This document shows, piece after piece, positions 1 to 12,790 of a DNA stretch of 64,000 nt. The notes beneath the pieces were generated by a model. The model did not search any database, was not told the DNA's origin, and saw nothing but the letters and a program-made list of their open reading frames with translations. Each line of letters begins with the position of its first letter. The stretch's first letter is position 1. Origin of the DNA: Eledone cirrhosa (taxonomy: Eukaryota); NCBI GenBank assembly GCA_964016885.1, contig OZ024745.1, positions 99,510,001-99,574,000 of the forward strand. The letters are read 5' to 3'. The position numbers and the translations under genes were made by a program.

Positions 1-361
1 AGGATAAAGTAATATTTCCCACTTGATTTCATTTCTGTTCATGTACCCCGTTAATCCATTCGGAAAACCTAAGAACATAATGTCATATTTGTTTCTCATT
101 CCTCAATAAATTTGAGGTGATCAGTCACATGATATATGAAAACATTTCAAACTCATATTATAATTGTGTAGCTTTTTTATCAAAAAAATAAAATGATGGC
201 GAAATAAGTGGCTATACGGAGTTAATATTATAATTACTTTTCTGATATCATCTTATATTAAACATTATCATCAATATTAAATTATTATGAGAAATCAATC
301 TGCCACTCTTTTGTAGGGAATAATCAACTGAACCAATTGGCTTATATAACGGATGAATGGC

Positions 362-472
362 GTTGGATTGGCAGAGTCAGAAGAGCGTCGGACAACAGGC
401 TTTGCAGCATAGAGTTACGGTCCTTTATGTTGAATTCAAATCCAGCCGAGGTTAGTTTTGCCTTTCATCTTT
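362..472 (+). mobile_element. tRNA-derived SINE, family 1 (partial)
   Basis: GGATTGGCAG A-box-like head, TTCAAATCC B-box-like motif and the body TTTGCCTTTCATC shared with more than 10 copies in the window. Confidence 0.7.
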
Positions 473-1194
473 GAGGGAGGAATAAAGAATATTTCATTAT
501 TGAGCAATATTCTAATGGAAATAACACATCGGCTGTGACAAGACGTGTATGACGGGTAGTCTTTAAAGTACTGTAGCGGCCCGAACCTTCAACCTGGAAA
601 AGAAAATTGGCATGTTAGCTTATTATAACCATATCAAGGATGTATTAGAACAGACAGTTACATAGATCAATTAAAAGTGTTTGAAAAGAAAAAGTCTCAA
701 AACTTCTTGAGTGTACCTCATTTTATTTTATTTTATTTTTTTTTATTTATCAGGACCTGGAAAGGAAGTCAAAGACAATATAATGTAGAACGATGGGATC
801 AATGACTTTTTCTCCTTACTTGAAGTACATCACAGATCAACGCTTGGACATACATCAAGAGAAGTGTATACTGCAAGAGATGAGCATATTTCAATATAGA
901 TGCATCCTGTAATGGTGCATCCTGGGGTGTATACTGCAAGGGGGTGTATGCTGAAGTACTCACTGCAAGAGAGCTATCTGACATGAAACTTCAGATCCTA
1001 TCGATAAGAGACGTACAGAATCTATTTGTGGGAATTTTAGCCAGTAGGTTATCAAACCAGATACAGCCTAAGGTTTTTCTGATGTTAACGGCATTGCTTT
1101 CACTTGAGTTTTAGAGAAAATAAATTACTAATGTATGAAATAGGCAAGTAAATCTTCTGTTCTGATAGTCACTAATAATGGTTTTATTGTAGCG

Positions 1195-1392
1195 TAAGAC
1201 CAATAATTTGGGGAGAGGGAAATGTCGATTATATCAAACCCAGTACTTGACTGAAACTTTATTTTATCAAACTCGGAAGGATGAAAGGGAAAGTTGGCCT
1301 CGGTGGGAATTGAAACCAGAAAATATTGGGCCGTACGAAATAGAGTAATGCATTTCATCTGACGCACTAAGATTCTGTCAACCCACCGTCCT
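1195..1392 (-). mobile_element. tRNA-derived SINE, family 1
   Basis: Reverse complement of the family body (GGAAGGATGAAAGG..AAAGTTGGCCTCGGTGGGAATTGAA). Confidence 0.7.
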
Positions 1393-1673
1393 CAATAGTA
1401 ACTAATGATAGAATTAGTTACTAACGATAAAGTAATAATTTACGACTGTTTCCATCAATTGATACGTATGAATAAAAAGTAATAGCCGGTAGTTTACTTG
1501 TTTGAAGTATGTGTCAGAGTGGTGTACGTTTCCACGAAGTGGGATAGATTCCTGTGTAGGTAGAAAGATAGAATAATTTAGTAGGAATGGAAAGTAGTAT
1601 AGTGGACACTAAGTTTGTAATACATTAACAGCGGCTATCAGCATACTTGCTTAACTATACCTCATAATTGTAT

Positions 1674-1753
1674 GTACATCTGATGATGTCACATAGAGAC
1701 TGTCAATGATATAACAATTCCATAACAATGTCATTGAAATACATATTATGCAA
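1674..1753 (+). ncRNA. Degenerate type I hammerhead ribozyme motif
   Basis: cat-CTGATGA...t-GAAA-TACATA-TT-atg; stems I and II imperfect. Confidence 0.4.
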
Positions 1754-2395
1754 TAAAACTTGTGTTAGGACAGGATATATGTAGCGAATATTTCCTGCTA
1801 AATAGAAAGAGTTTCTAAGTTTGTGTGTATATATGTGTGTGTGTATGACCAGTATATATAGGTCACATATACCCACATATATACGTACACACACACACGT
1901 ACACACGCACAACACACACATACACACACACGCACACATACATATATATATATATGGGACTTCCAATTTCATTTTACATTATATACATGTCTGTGTATAT
2001 TTTAATTATTTAAAAATTATTTTTAAGTGAATATGATTTAAAAAATATATTTTAAAGTGAACCTGTCCCAATGGGTCACGGGTGGTCTAGTATAGCTATC
2101 TATCTATACATATATATAAAACTGTTGTTGTCTCTGTGTGTGTCCCCCCTCATTTTTGCAAAGTCAATACAAATCCACATTTCTACTCCGATTGACTTCA
2201 AACTTGCATTTATATATTCCTTGCGGTCTAAAGATACTAAGTGCCGCTTTTACTTTTCAATTTTCTGTTGTTAAAGGGGTGTTAGGCGCCGGTTACCGAT
2301 CTCCGTCGAGCCCTTATAATATCATTCTGTATGCCTGGCTGTCTGCATAACGACATTGTGACGAATACGTCATTGCTGACGTATTATCTTTGCTA

Positions 2396-2399
<4 letters not shown>

Positions 2400-2471
<72 letters not shown>

Positions 2472-2528
2472 CATATACACTTATATATACATATACATAT
2501 ACACACACATATATACACATATACACAC

Positions 2529-2611
<83 letters not shown>

Positions 2612-2634
2612 CACACACATATATACACATACAC

Positions 2635-2673
<39 letters not shown>
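2400..2673. repeat. Compound (CA)n/(TA)n microsatellite
   Basis: Directly visible; source of the overlapping YI/HT/CV pseudo-ORFs. Confidence 0.95.
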
Positions 2674-2693
2674 TGCAAAAAAAACCAAAGCAC

Positions 2694-2767
2694 GCTTACA
2701 TACTCAAACAGTCTTTATTCACTAACAATGTTTCATCCTCACCTTTAGGCAGGAATCATCAGAGCTC
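2694..2767 (-). ncRNA. Type I hammerhead ribozyme (left arm of palindrome)
   Basis: Reverse complement of the 4806-4881 motif; stem I slightly mutated. Confidence 0.6.
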
Positions 2768-3349
2768 AACAAATACCGTGTTGAGTATAAGCTCCACAAT
2801 AACTTAGTCACATGAACAATCAGAAAAAATAATATGGGGATTGGAGATAGCTAACAAAGACGTTCATGTTTGGGTTACTAAGCATCACTTCAAAATACCA
2901 AGGTACAATTGGATTCAAGAAGATGAAGACACAGTAGATGGCACTCAAAAATGTAGAATGTAAAATTAAAAAGTGTAAAAGCATTAAAAAGTACATAATA
3001 CATACATAAAAATGCATAAAAATAATAAGAAATTCATAAAAAATACATAAAAATATCTAAAAATACATAAAGAAATATAAATTATTTTAAAGTAATGAAA
3101 AATATAAAAATAAAGATACAAAATAATAATAGAGATAATATAATCAAATGAAATGAAGAAAGATAAAATAAAATAAAATAAAATAAAATAAAATAAAATA
3201 AAATAAAATAAAATAAAATAAAATAAAATCCAATAAAGAAAGGTAATTAAATAAAAATATACTAAAAATAAATTAAAATACAATAAATTAATATAAAAAA
3301 ATATAATAAAATAATAATAAATGATAATAAAATAATAAAATTATATAAT

Positions 3350-3533
3350 AATTGTTTCTAGTTTTGGCACAAGGCCAGCAATTACCCAATGCATTACTGG
3401 TACTTTATTCTATCGACCCCGGAAGGATGAAAGGCAAAGTTAACCTCGGCGGGATTTGAACTCAGATCATACAGGGAGGTAACTCTATGCTTCAAAGCAT
3501 GGCATCCGACTCTCTACCGATACTGCCAATCCA
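3350..3533 (-). mobile_element. tRNA-derived SINE, family 1 (left palindrome arm)
   Basis: Full family sequence, reverse strand. Confidence 0.8.
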
Positions 3534-4049
3534 ATAAAATTATATAATAATAAGATAAAATTAAATTAAAAGGATTAAAATATTTAATAAATTGAGAAAA
3601 AGTTATATTTTATGAGTCCTTAGAGAAGCAAGTAATTACTAGCGCAGTTCTCAGCAACACAAGCGAGTATAATGTCATTTGTCCATATATTAACCACATT
3701 TAATGGAGTGAGGCCTGATTAACCACATTTACTTGAGTGAGGCCTGTGTCTTTGTGATACCTTTATATATACATGTGAACACCAATTGGCTACCTAGTTC
3801 GGGTACCTACTGATATACCTTGTGTATGTATAGTATGATGGTCATTCAAATTACTGTGGTCCTTTGTGATGTACCAAAAAGATCTATTCACGCCTGTATA
3901 TGGACTACTGTCATTCTACTCGCTTGTGTTGCTGAGAACTACGCTTGTAATAACTTGCTTCTCTAAGGACTCATAACATATAACTTTTTCTCAGTTTATT
4001 AAATATTTTTAATCCTTTTAATTTAATTTTATCTTATTATTATATAAGA

Positions 4050-4240
4050 AGGGCGGTGGATTGGCAGTATCGGTAGAGGGTCGGATGCCATGCTTTCCAG
4101 CATAGTAACGTTCCTTTACGATCTGAGTTCAAATCTCGCCGAGGTTGACTTTGCCTTTCATCCTTACGGGGTCGATAAAATAAAGTACCACTAATGCACT
4201 GGGTAATTGCTGGCCTTGTGCCTAAAGTAGAAACAATTAT
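4050..4240 (+). mobile_element. tRNA-derived SINE, family 1 (right palindrome arm)
   Basis: GGCGGTGGATTGGCAGTATCGGTAGAG...GAGTTCAAATC...GCCTTTCATCCTTACGGGGTCGATAAAATAAAGTACC. Confidence 0.85.
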
Positions 4241-4805
4241 TATATAATTTTATTATTTTATTATCATTTATTATTATTTTATTATATTTTTTTATATCAA
4301 TTTATTGTATTTTAATTTATTTTTAGTATATTTTTTATTTAATTACCTTTCTTTATTGGATTTTATTTTATTTTATTTTATTTTATCTTTCTTCATTTCA
4401 TTTTATTATATTTTCTCTATTATTATTTTGTATCTTTATTTTTATATTTTTTATTACTTTAATATAATTTATATTATGTTTTAACATTTGCCTGTATTTC
4501 TTTATGTATTTTTAGATATTTTTATGTATTTTTTATGAATTTCTTATTATTTTTATGCATTTTTATGTATTTATTATGTACTTTTTAATGCTTTCACACT
4601 TTTTAATTTTACATTCTACATTTTTGAGTGCTATCTACTGTGTCTTCATCTTCTTGAATCCAATTGTACCTTGGTATTTTGAAGTGATGCTTAGTAACCC
4701 AAACATGAACGTCTTTGTTAGCTATCTCCAATCCCCATATTGTTTTTTTCTGATTGTTCATGTAACCAAGTTATTGTGGAGCTTATACTCAACACGGTAT
4801 TTGTT

Positions 4806-4881
4806 GAGCTCTGATGATTCCTGCCTAAAGGTGAGGATGAAACATTGTTAGAGAGTCAAGACTGTTTGAGTATGTAAGCTT
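4806..4881 (+). ncRNA. Type I hammerhead ribozyme
   Basis: gagct-CTGATGA-t-tcct..agga-t-GAAA-cat...atg-TA-agctt: core, stems I/II/III and a GUA cleavage triplet all present. Confidence 0.7.
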
Positions 4882-5194
4882 TCTTTGGTTTCTTTTGCAT
4901 ATAACGGCTCTGTCTACGTACATTGAGCTAACACAATACTGCCATAATACAGTACGGTGAGTAAGTGTTTATGCACATACCCTCCGAACTTACGTAAATA
5001 AATATATATATATGTATATGTAGATGTATATATGTCTGCATGTATATATGTATGTATATTTGTGGGTGTGCGTATGCATGTAGTGTTTTTTGTATATATA
5101 TATATATGCATATATGTGTGTGTATGTATGTGTGTATGTAATTTTATGTACGTATGTGTATTTTGTATGTATGTGTGTGCATGTGTATATATAT

Positions 5195-8040
5195 AGTAAA
5201 AAATTGAACGGGAACAAAACAGAGAGGCAGTACGAACAAAGGTTTATTAGTTTCACGCTCTTGAGAGTAGGGTGGTGGTGGGGAACGACGTTTCGGGCAT
5301 AAGCCCTTCTTCAGGTGAAAAGTGTGTGGGAAGAGAGTTCCAAGGGTGTGTAGGGGAGTGGTGGAGAGACATATAGAAAAAAGGGGGTGAGAGGAAACGG
5401 TACAAATGAAATTAAATATAAAGGCATGATCAAAATAAAATTAAAAATACACATGGAGTAAAACAGGTGGTGGAAGGGTGTGGGGCGTGTAGGGAGGTGG
5501 GTGGCGGGTGGAGTGGGGAGAGGGAGATGGGGTGTACGAGCGGGGAGGGCTGAAGCTGGTGTGTGTGTGTAGGTGTAGTGTGTGTGTGTGTGTGTATGTG
5601 AAAGTAAGAGTTGGGGGAAGAACGGGATTGCATGTTCAGGAAGAGGTGTGTGTGGGGTGGGGTGTAGGTCGGAGTGTGTGTGCGTGTGTGGATAGAGGGG
5701 TGGGGGGAGAGGATTCCGGAGGCTGAATGTGTAAATATGTGGTGGTACGCACGTGTGTGTGTGGTGTTTATGCGTGTTGTGGATGTAGGTGGCGTGTGGG
5801 GAAAAAAAAAATGTTTGGGTGTATGTCCGAGGGTGAGTCGTTAAGGTAATTCCGTAGACGGTGTGGTGGAATGCTGAGTAATATCCTTGGGATGTGGTGG
5901 ATTCTCGGGATCAAGGTTCACATATGTGTAATCCGTGAAGAGATTGGTCGGAAGAGGGGAGATGTGGGGTGCGCGCGCAACAGGAAGTGGTCAGAGGGTC
6001 AAGGCAGGAGGAGGGTTGTGTGTCTGTGTGTGCGGGGAGGTGGTCAGAGAGGCATAGCAGCAGTAGGGTAGAATGGTAAGTGAAGAAAGTCGGTGTGTCA
6101 GTGTGTGCGGAGGTGCGGTGGACAGGGGAAATATGGGTAGGTGTGAAAGTTGGAGTGAGGAGGGGGGTGTATTAGTAGAGGTGTTAGTGGGATGTGTGTG
6201 TGTTTGAGAAAGGGTGTGGGTGGAGTGGGGAGAGAAGGGTGTGGGGGGCCGATGGAGGGAGTGTAGCGTACTGGTGTGTGCGTGCGTGTTTGGATGAGTG
6301 TGTGTGGTGAAGGGGGTGTTAGTGGGTGTTAGTATACTGGAGGTGGAGAAAGGGTTGAATGCGGGTGGGAGTGGGGGTCAGTGGTGGTAGGGTGTGTAGA
6401 GTGGGTGGTGTAAGAGGGTGTGTGTGTTCGTGTGCGTAGGGTTGGGGGTGTTAGTGATGTTAGTTGCGTGTAGAGTGGGTGGTGTAAGTGGGTGTGTGTG
6501 TTCGTGTGCTTGGAGTCGGGGGGTGTTAGTGATGTTAGTTGCGGGGTGGCGGGGTGGGTGTTTGGGGGTGAGGGTTAGTGGTGGTAGTAGGGTGTGCGTT
6601 TAGTGTGAGCGCGTGTATATATGTACCGGTGGGTGTGTGCGTGTGATAAAGAGGGGGAGGAGAAGAAGGGAGGGATGTTAGTATGTTAGTTGGGGATGGG
6701 GAAGGGTGGTCGGGTGTGGGGTGGAGGTGTTAGTATTGTTAGTTGTGGGGTGGGCGGTGAAAAGGAGGGGTGTGTTAGTGGTGTTAGTGGGGGATATGTG
6801 TGGGGGAGGGGGCGGTCGAAGGCTAAAGGAATAAGGGTGGGGAGTTCAGGCCGGGGGAAGTGTGGGTCTGTAGGGTGAAGATGGTTCGTTGTTCGACCCT
6901 GAGGAGAGTGGCGGGTGTTCCGTGGCATTGGAGTAGGCCACAGACTGTGAGGTGGTGTGCGGAATGTCCAGGGGCACCAAAGTGGCGGGCGATGGGGGAA
7001 CTACCACCGAGACGAATATCCCGGAGGTGTTCAGTAAATCTGTCCGCCAGGCGACGTCCAGTCTGTCCGACGTAAGTCGTAGACTAGGTTGGAGGAGGTG
7101 CAGCGGAAGGCATGCCGGACAGAGAGAGAGTGGCCGTTGGGATCCTGGAAGGTGGTGGTGTTGGTGATATGGGGACAGGTGTTGCAGCGGGGCCTGGAAC
7201 AGGGAAAGGAACCGGGGGGGGGAGAGCGTGGGTTGTGGGTAGGGAGCTGTGGACGAGGAGGGTGCGGAGATTGCGGGCGCGTTTGAAGGAGGGTAGTGGT
7301 GGGGCTGGGAAGATGTGGGAGGTGGAGGGGTCGGACTGGAGGCGTCGGAAGAGGCGGAGGAATGTGCGGTGGGGGGGGGTATGGTCGAGGGGTGGTAGGT
7401 GATGGGGAAGGGGAGACGGTGGGTGGGTGTGCAGTGGCGTGGCGTGAGGGTGGTGGAGCGGTGGACAGCACGGGCGCGGGTGAGAGCGGTGTGGACGAGA
7501 GAGGGGGGTAACTTCTGCGGATGAAATGGCTGACTAGGGAAAGGGCCTGAGACTCAAAGTCGGCATCTCGGCTACAGAGGCGGCGGATCCTGAGGAGTTG
7601 GGAGTAGGGAATAGAGTGTTTAGTGTGTGTGGGGTGGGAAGAGGTGAAGTCGAGGTAGGAGTGGGAGTCGTGGATTTGAAGAAGGCGGAGGTGACGAGGG
7701 AGTGTTGGGAGGGTCGAAGGCGACGGAGATGTCTAAGAAGTGGACGTGGGTGGTGGAGATAGAGGTGGTGAAGTTGAGGGAGGGGTGGAAGGAGCAGAAG
7801 AAGGAGAGAAAGGAGTTGAGCTGTTCTCGGGTGAGGGTCGTGGCTCCAATACAGTCGTCGATGTAACGACAGTACAGTTCCGGCGTGGGCTGGTGTACTG
7901 GGAAAAGATTTGGGCCTCAACATGGCCAACAAAAAGGTTGGCATAGTTTGGGCCCATTCTTGTACCCATGGCTACCCCCGTGACCTGTTGGTAAAACTCA
8001 CCCGAGAAGGAGAAACAGTTGAGGGTGAGGACCAGCTCGA
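5195..8040 (-). mobile_element. Penelope-like element (Neptune-type), 5'-truncated and frameshifted: RT, GIY-YIG, long low-complexity 3' region and pLTR
   Basis: RT motif VAMGTRMGPNYANLFVG followed by YIDD; linker FPCSRPRCNTCPHI; SNLVY..YVGQTGRRLADRFTEH endonuclease; CTGAAGAAGGGCTTATGCCCGAAACGTCG hammerhead core at ~5284-5314; (TA)n on both flanks. Confidence 0.85.
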
Positions 8041-8783
8041 TATATATATATATGTGTGTGTGTGTGTATGTATATATGTGTGTGTATGTGTGTATATATA
8101 TGTATATATGGTTGTGCGTAGGTATGTGTGTGCGTGTATGTGTGTGTATATGTGTATGTTTGCGTGGGTCGTGCCTGTCGGACCGGATATATGGCGCGAC
8201 TTAAGCAGGCGCTTATAGGCTTGTGGCGGTTGGTATCTAGAAGTGGGTGTGCCTGGGTCTGTGGAAGAGAGGGAGAGTGTGTGCGTGTATATATATATAT
8301 ATATATATATGTGGGGGGGGGGGGGTGTCTACGCATGTGTGCGTACATATGTGTATGCACGCAGGTGTCTGTGTCTGCCTGTGTGTGTATATGTATGTGT
8401 GGGTACATACTCTGGAGTGTGAACAGACGTGTAAGATACCGAACCCAGCATGACTCCGTTGAAGTGTGTCGGACGGAAAATGGCTGATGACCCGTTTAGC
8501 AGTAAATAGTGACCAGAACTTAAGATGACGTGGAGTAACAACAGCCAATGGCATGACAAGAGTGGAAGAGGTTTTTTGAAGGTGTTTTTTTTTTATGATA
8601 ACACCCCAGTGATAAAATTTGCTCCGAACGAACTATCCGTTTCTGAAGGAACCTGCAGCCGTAGAATCAGTCAGATCCATACAGGGACCATGTCTCGAGC
8701 TACCTGCCGGCAAAACAATTGTAACACGCAATAAATTGAGAGTCCAGATGCATCACTGATTTTTCGTTTTTTATACTACAAAC

Positions 8784-8816
<33 letters not shown>

Positions 8817-8819
8817 TTC

Positions 8820-9215
8820 AATTCTATTCAATTCAATATATTTGGCAGAAAATAAAACATAGATGCTTCAGATGCCATGTAAGGGGGGGGGGGGGGGGGA
8901 GGGGCAACATTTACACAGTCGGAAACACAGTGGTCCAACACCGGTCCAATTTCGCCTTGAATTGTTGCGTGGTTGATGCGTTGACTACTTCTTCTGGAAG
9001 CCAATTCCAAGTTTCCAGAGATGCGGATCGAGAAAGCAGCTTTCCGTCTATTTAGGCGAAAGCGGCGGTGAAACAGCTTTTTGTCATGTCCACGTAGACC
9101 CCTTCCAAGTGCCGGAGTGAATAGGAAATCTTGAGAGAGATCGTAATGACCATTGAAGAGATTGTAAGCCAAAATGAGATCGCCTCGTAGCCGTCGACGC
9201 TCCAAGGAGAAGAGG
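8820..9215 (-). mobile_element. CR1-clade LINE 3' end
   Basis: LERRRLRGDLILAY...LRGHDKKL..RFRLNRRKAAFSIR, the typical CR1 ORF2 C-terminus. Confidence 0.8.
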
Positions 9216-10691
9216 TTTTTTAGTTTTTTTAGTTTTTTTTTTAGTTTCAGAAGGTGAAAGCAGCGATTCTTTGCTTAAACTTTAATCTGTTATTTTAATA
9301 TATAATATAAGCGAGGCAAGCCAGCCCAGTTGCATTTCTTGCCAATAAACATTAACCCTTTGTGCGCCATTCATCTAACTGTAGACCAACAAATACCAAC
9401 TAAACGGAGCATTGACAAGAACGATGGCAAAGGAATCTTCGAGGTAAGCAGTTTCCTCCCGAGCTGTTAGTTCACGCGGGATTCTCTGCTACACCTATTC
9501 GTAATAATACCGAACGTACTGCTGGTCACTCCTTCCTCCAAAAACCGTACAAAGCGGACATGTGCATCGGGCAGATGGATCGGGTGCAAATCTACACCAG
9601 GCCTACGCGAGAAATTCTCAAAGGACTGCACCGAGAGGGATAGAAAGAAAGAGTGGAAAGAGTGTGAATGAACTTTTGAGGTAAGTAGCCTACGCCTTAT
9701 TGCTATGACACTGAAACCTTCTGCCAACTCAACCTGTGACTTTCTCTTTCACATTTACTCCAATAGGCCAAAAACAGAGGAGTATGAAAAGAAGGGGCTC
9801 AACAATATTTCTATGAACAATGCACGTAGACACCTAATCTGTACTTTCAACTTCTTAATTTTCTCCAAATAAAACAAGTTTCCTGTCGGTATATTTTCGT
9901 GAGCTTTTAACAGGCACTCACAAATAAACGTTCTCATTGGAGGTGCTATTACCAATGTTCTTACCCGTGCAATGCCGGGATACACTCCTAGTATAATATA
10001 TAAACATATGAAATATGTTTTATTCCATAATATATATTTTAATGATATGGTTATAATTTTCAACCTTTTTGTATTTATCATTGTTGTGGTATATGTATGG
10101 CCACTGCCTTCGGTCGTTTTTCTTGGTGTCACACTTTTTAACTGTTGTGTTTACTCTGGGCGGTAATGTATTAACATATCGCTCATTGAGTGCTTTGTGA
10201 TTGCCTCAAACAACTCGATTAGTACCTGCTATATTGCAGCTACAACTTCGATTTATACCTAATATAATATATTCTATATATATATTGTTTTGATTATACG
10301 CTACTCTTCTATATATATCTTGCCTCGAGTGAATTATTTTTATATCTACGTACTCTGATGTGTTGATCAGAGGTAAATAATGTATTGGAGATCGAGTGAC
10401 GCAACTTCAAGCGATTAGCGACCTCTAGACTCACCTGATCAATGAAACAATTGTCAGTACTTGAAATAAAGCCCCTTATTGTACAGCCAACCATGTTACT
10501 CATCATTCTTTCACTATTATTGCTCCAAGTATAACCTGCATAGAAATTACCGCGACCGCGAACTCGCTGCATAACAATGGAAACATCTTGTTGAGTCAAA
10601 CAAAGCCGTACGTTAAAACTATCCACGACGCAGAGTACTCACAACCTCTAAATGGATTACCTATAACGATAACTTGTTATACCATATATAT

Positions 10692-10750
10692 ATATATCTG
10701 ATGAGGACGTACTGTTGAAATAGCTCAGTATCTCTGAAATATGTATAATA
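10692..10750 (+). ncRNA. Minimal type I hammerhead motif
   Basis: CTGATGA-g..tactg..cagta..c-t-GAAA-TATGTA-TA-ataaaata. Confidence 0.55.
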
Positions 10751-10797
10751 AAATATATTTGATCACATGAATGTCTATATTTATTAATATTTTGAAG

Positions 10798-10864
<67 letters not shown>

Positions 10865-10869
<5 letters not shown>

Positions 10870-12790
10870 ATATTAAATAAATTGAAACTATATTTATAAA
10901 ATCATATTTATTCTATTATATATATTTCAAGGGTACCAAAACTTTGGTACGCTCTCATCAGATAAAATACAAAGTTTGTTTTATAAATATTGACATAACC
11001 AAGAAGGGAGAACTTAACGGTTCAAGTTTTTCCTGGATAGTAAAGGAAAGAAGGCAAAGAGAAGAAAAGTCAAATATTTCAAATTATAAAGATGAGTATG
11101 CAAATGAGGTTGAGGTATAGGGCTGAAAAAAAAACGTTATTTTTAGACGCTATGTAGATTTAAATAATTATTAGGATATGTGTATGTAAGCGTAGGAAGA
11201 AGAAAGAGAAAGAAAGAAGAGCTTGTATTTACGTTAATTTAAAAAGAATTAACAGTTTGTTGGAATGTTGGAATATGATTCCAGAATTTAAAAAAAATTA
11301 TTTAGCAATATTATGAGTTATAATAGTGTATATATAATCAATTAGATTATATGAAGAATTATGGTTGTAAGTACATTTTATTATCTTATTACATTACAAT
11401 AGGTTGTAAGTATATAAATATCTATATAGATTAATAATTGTGGAAGTATAAGTATTATTGGTGATTTTATAGAAATAAATCACAATTATTAGTTGTTTAC
11501 ATTTCTCATATGAGTTACGAAGGAAGTTGATTTTGCATTTTACATAAAAAGTTTAAGAAAAAGACGTAGTTCAAGTTGTAAGAGGAGAACAATTTGTAGA
11601 TTCAAATAATTTGTTCCAACATTGAAAATGTTTTCAGAATATTGTTAATTTAGCGAAGTTATCATATATATGTTATCATATATATGTTTGCTCAATTGTA
11701 AAGGAAAAGATAACTCCAATCTTATTTGCTAAACGTTAAATTTGATGAATGATTTACCCAGAAAGTATGTAGAGAAAATTATATATTATTTTGTGTGAGA
11801 TTAATTTTTTCAGGGATGAGAATTTCAATTACATATTATTTAAGTCGAGAGATGTGTGAAAAGTTTGAATATCAAAAAAGAGGAAAAAAGTATTATGCAT
11901 TTCGAAGAACTATCGTAAAGAGGATATCTTTCAGAATGTCAATTAAAGATTATCAATCTACATCTAAAAAATATATATTAGGAAGAGTATCATTTGGAAA
12001 AGAATGTCAAATGGTAAAAATATTAAATTTAAGAAGGAAGATCATTTAAAAGAAATTTTAAATTTTTAAAGAAATACTCAGTAAATAATAGGATCATTTT
12101 AAAGGTGTATAAGATATAGTCAAGTGTAATGAATTTCATACGTTAAAAATACTTCTGAAAGTGGAATTTTGGCGATATCTGCAACTAGAAAATAATTCTG
12201 TTTTAAAATTAATAGAGTTTTGACAGTTAATTATATAAAAAAATTTCCTCGATACACAAATGACAGATTTTTGAGAAAGCCATATTACGGTATGCAAGTG
12301 CTTTCGAAATCATTCCCCAAGATATTGAATAGTCTATATTGTTGTCTTTTAAATTCCAAATTAAATGTGAAAGTGAAGTGGAAGATTTGTTATCGGACCT
12401 ATTAAATGCATGTTTGTGGTTGTACCATCATTCTTTGAATTTTGTAGAAGTGGCACCTATATAGTTAAATATTTTGTCTCTAGTTTTAACTGTGCATTTA
12501 TAAATTACGTTTCTGTCTAAGCAATTATTATGTAAAGGGCAGTTTGATTTAATTCTACAGTTACATTTTCTTGAGTTGTTGTTATTAGGAACGGTACTAT
12601 TATTATGAATATTGTTGTTAGAGACGGACCTCGTTGGATTATATATTAATAATGTACTGCATAGAAAAATGACAGAGATGACGGGAGGTTTATATCACGA
12701 CGATATGCTACTTTTAATAGAAAACCATAGTAATAGTGATATTAATAGGAAAAAGAAATCCATAATACAATTTTTCAACAACTACAACGA
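10865..12790 (-). mobile_element. Heavily decayed Naiad-like Penelope element with an inverted RT fragment (12612-12790, +)
   Basis: Plus-strand fragment DLVGLYI...GGLYHDDMLL resembles Naiad GxYRDDGL; hammerhead-bearing end at ~10911; minus-strand remnants are only weakly recognisable. Confidence 0.5.
10911..10969 (-). ncRNA. Minimal type I hammerhead ribozyme
   Basis: Reverse strand: tattttat-CTGATGA-gagcgtaccaaa..tttggtaccct-t-GAAA-TATATA-TA-atagaata. Confidence 0.75.

Larger units (their letters stand above)
2671..4903. repeat. ~2.2-kb palindrome: arms ~2671-3689 and ~3897-4903, spacer ~200 bp
   Basis: Arms are reverse complements along their length. ORFs 2820..3017(-) and 4555..4851(+) translate almost identically. 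Confidence 0.95.

Noticed and set aside
500-1110. Possible exon after a polypyrimidine-AG at ~753
   Set aside because: All frames close quickly and no protein is recognisable
1703-3283. YIYI/HTHT/CVCV/FYFIL ORFs here and throughout the window
   Set aside because: Translations of microsatellites, not genes
4050-4140. SINE heads as tRNA genes
   Set aside because: A/B boxes are present but there is no cloverleaf, and each continues into a SINE body
8640-8730. Hammerhead-like CTGAAGGA...AAAACAATTGTA (also a remnant near 53600)
   Set aside because: Both core boxes are mutated; too degenerate to call
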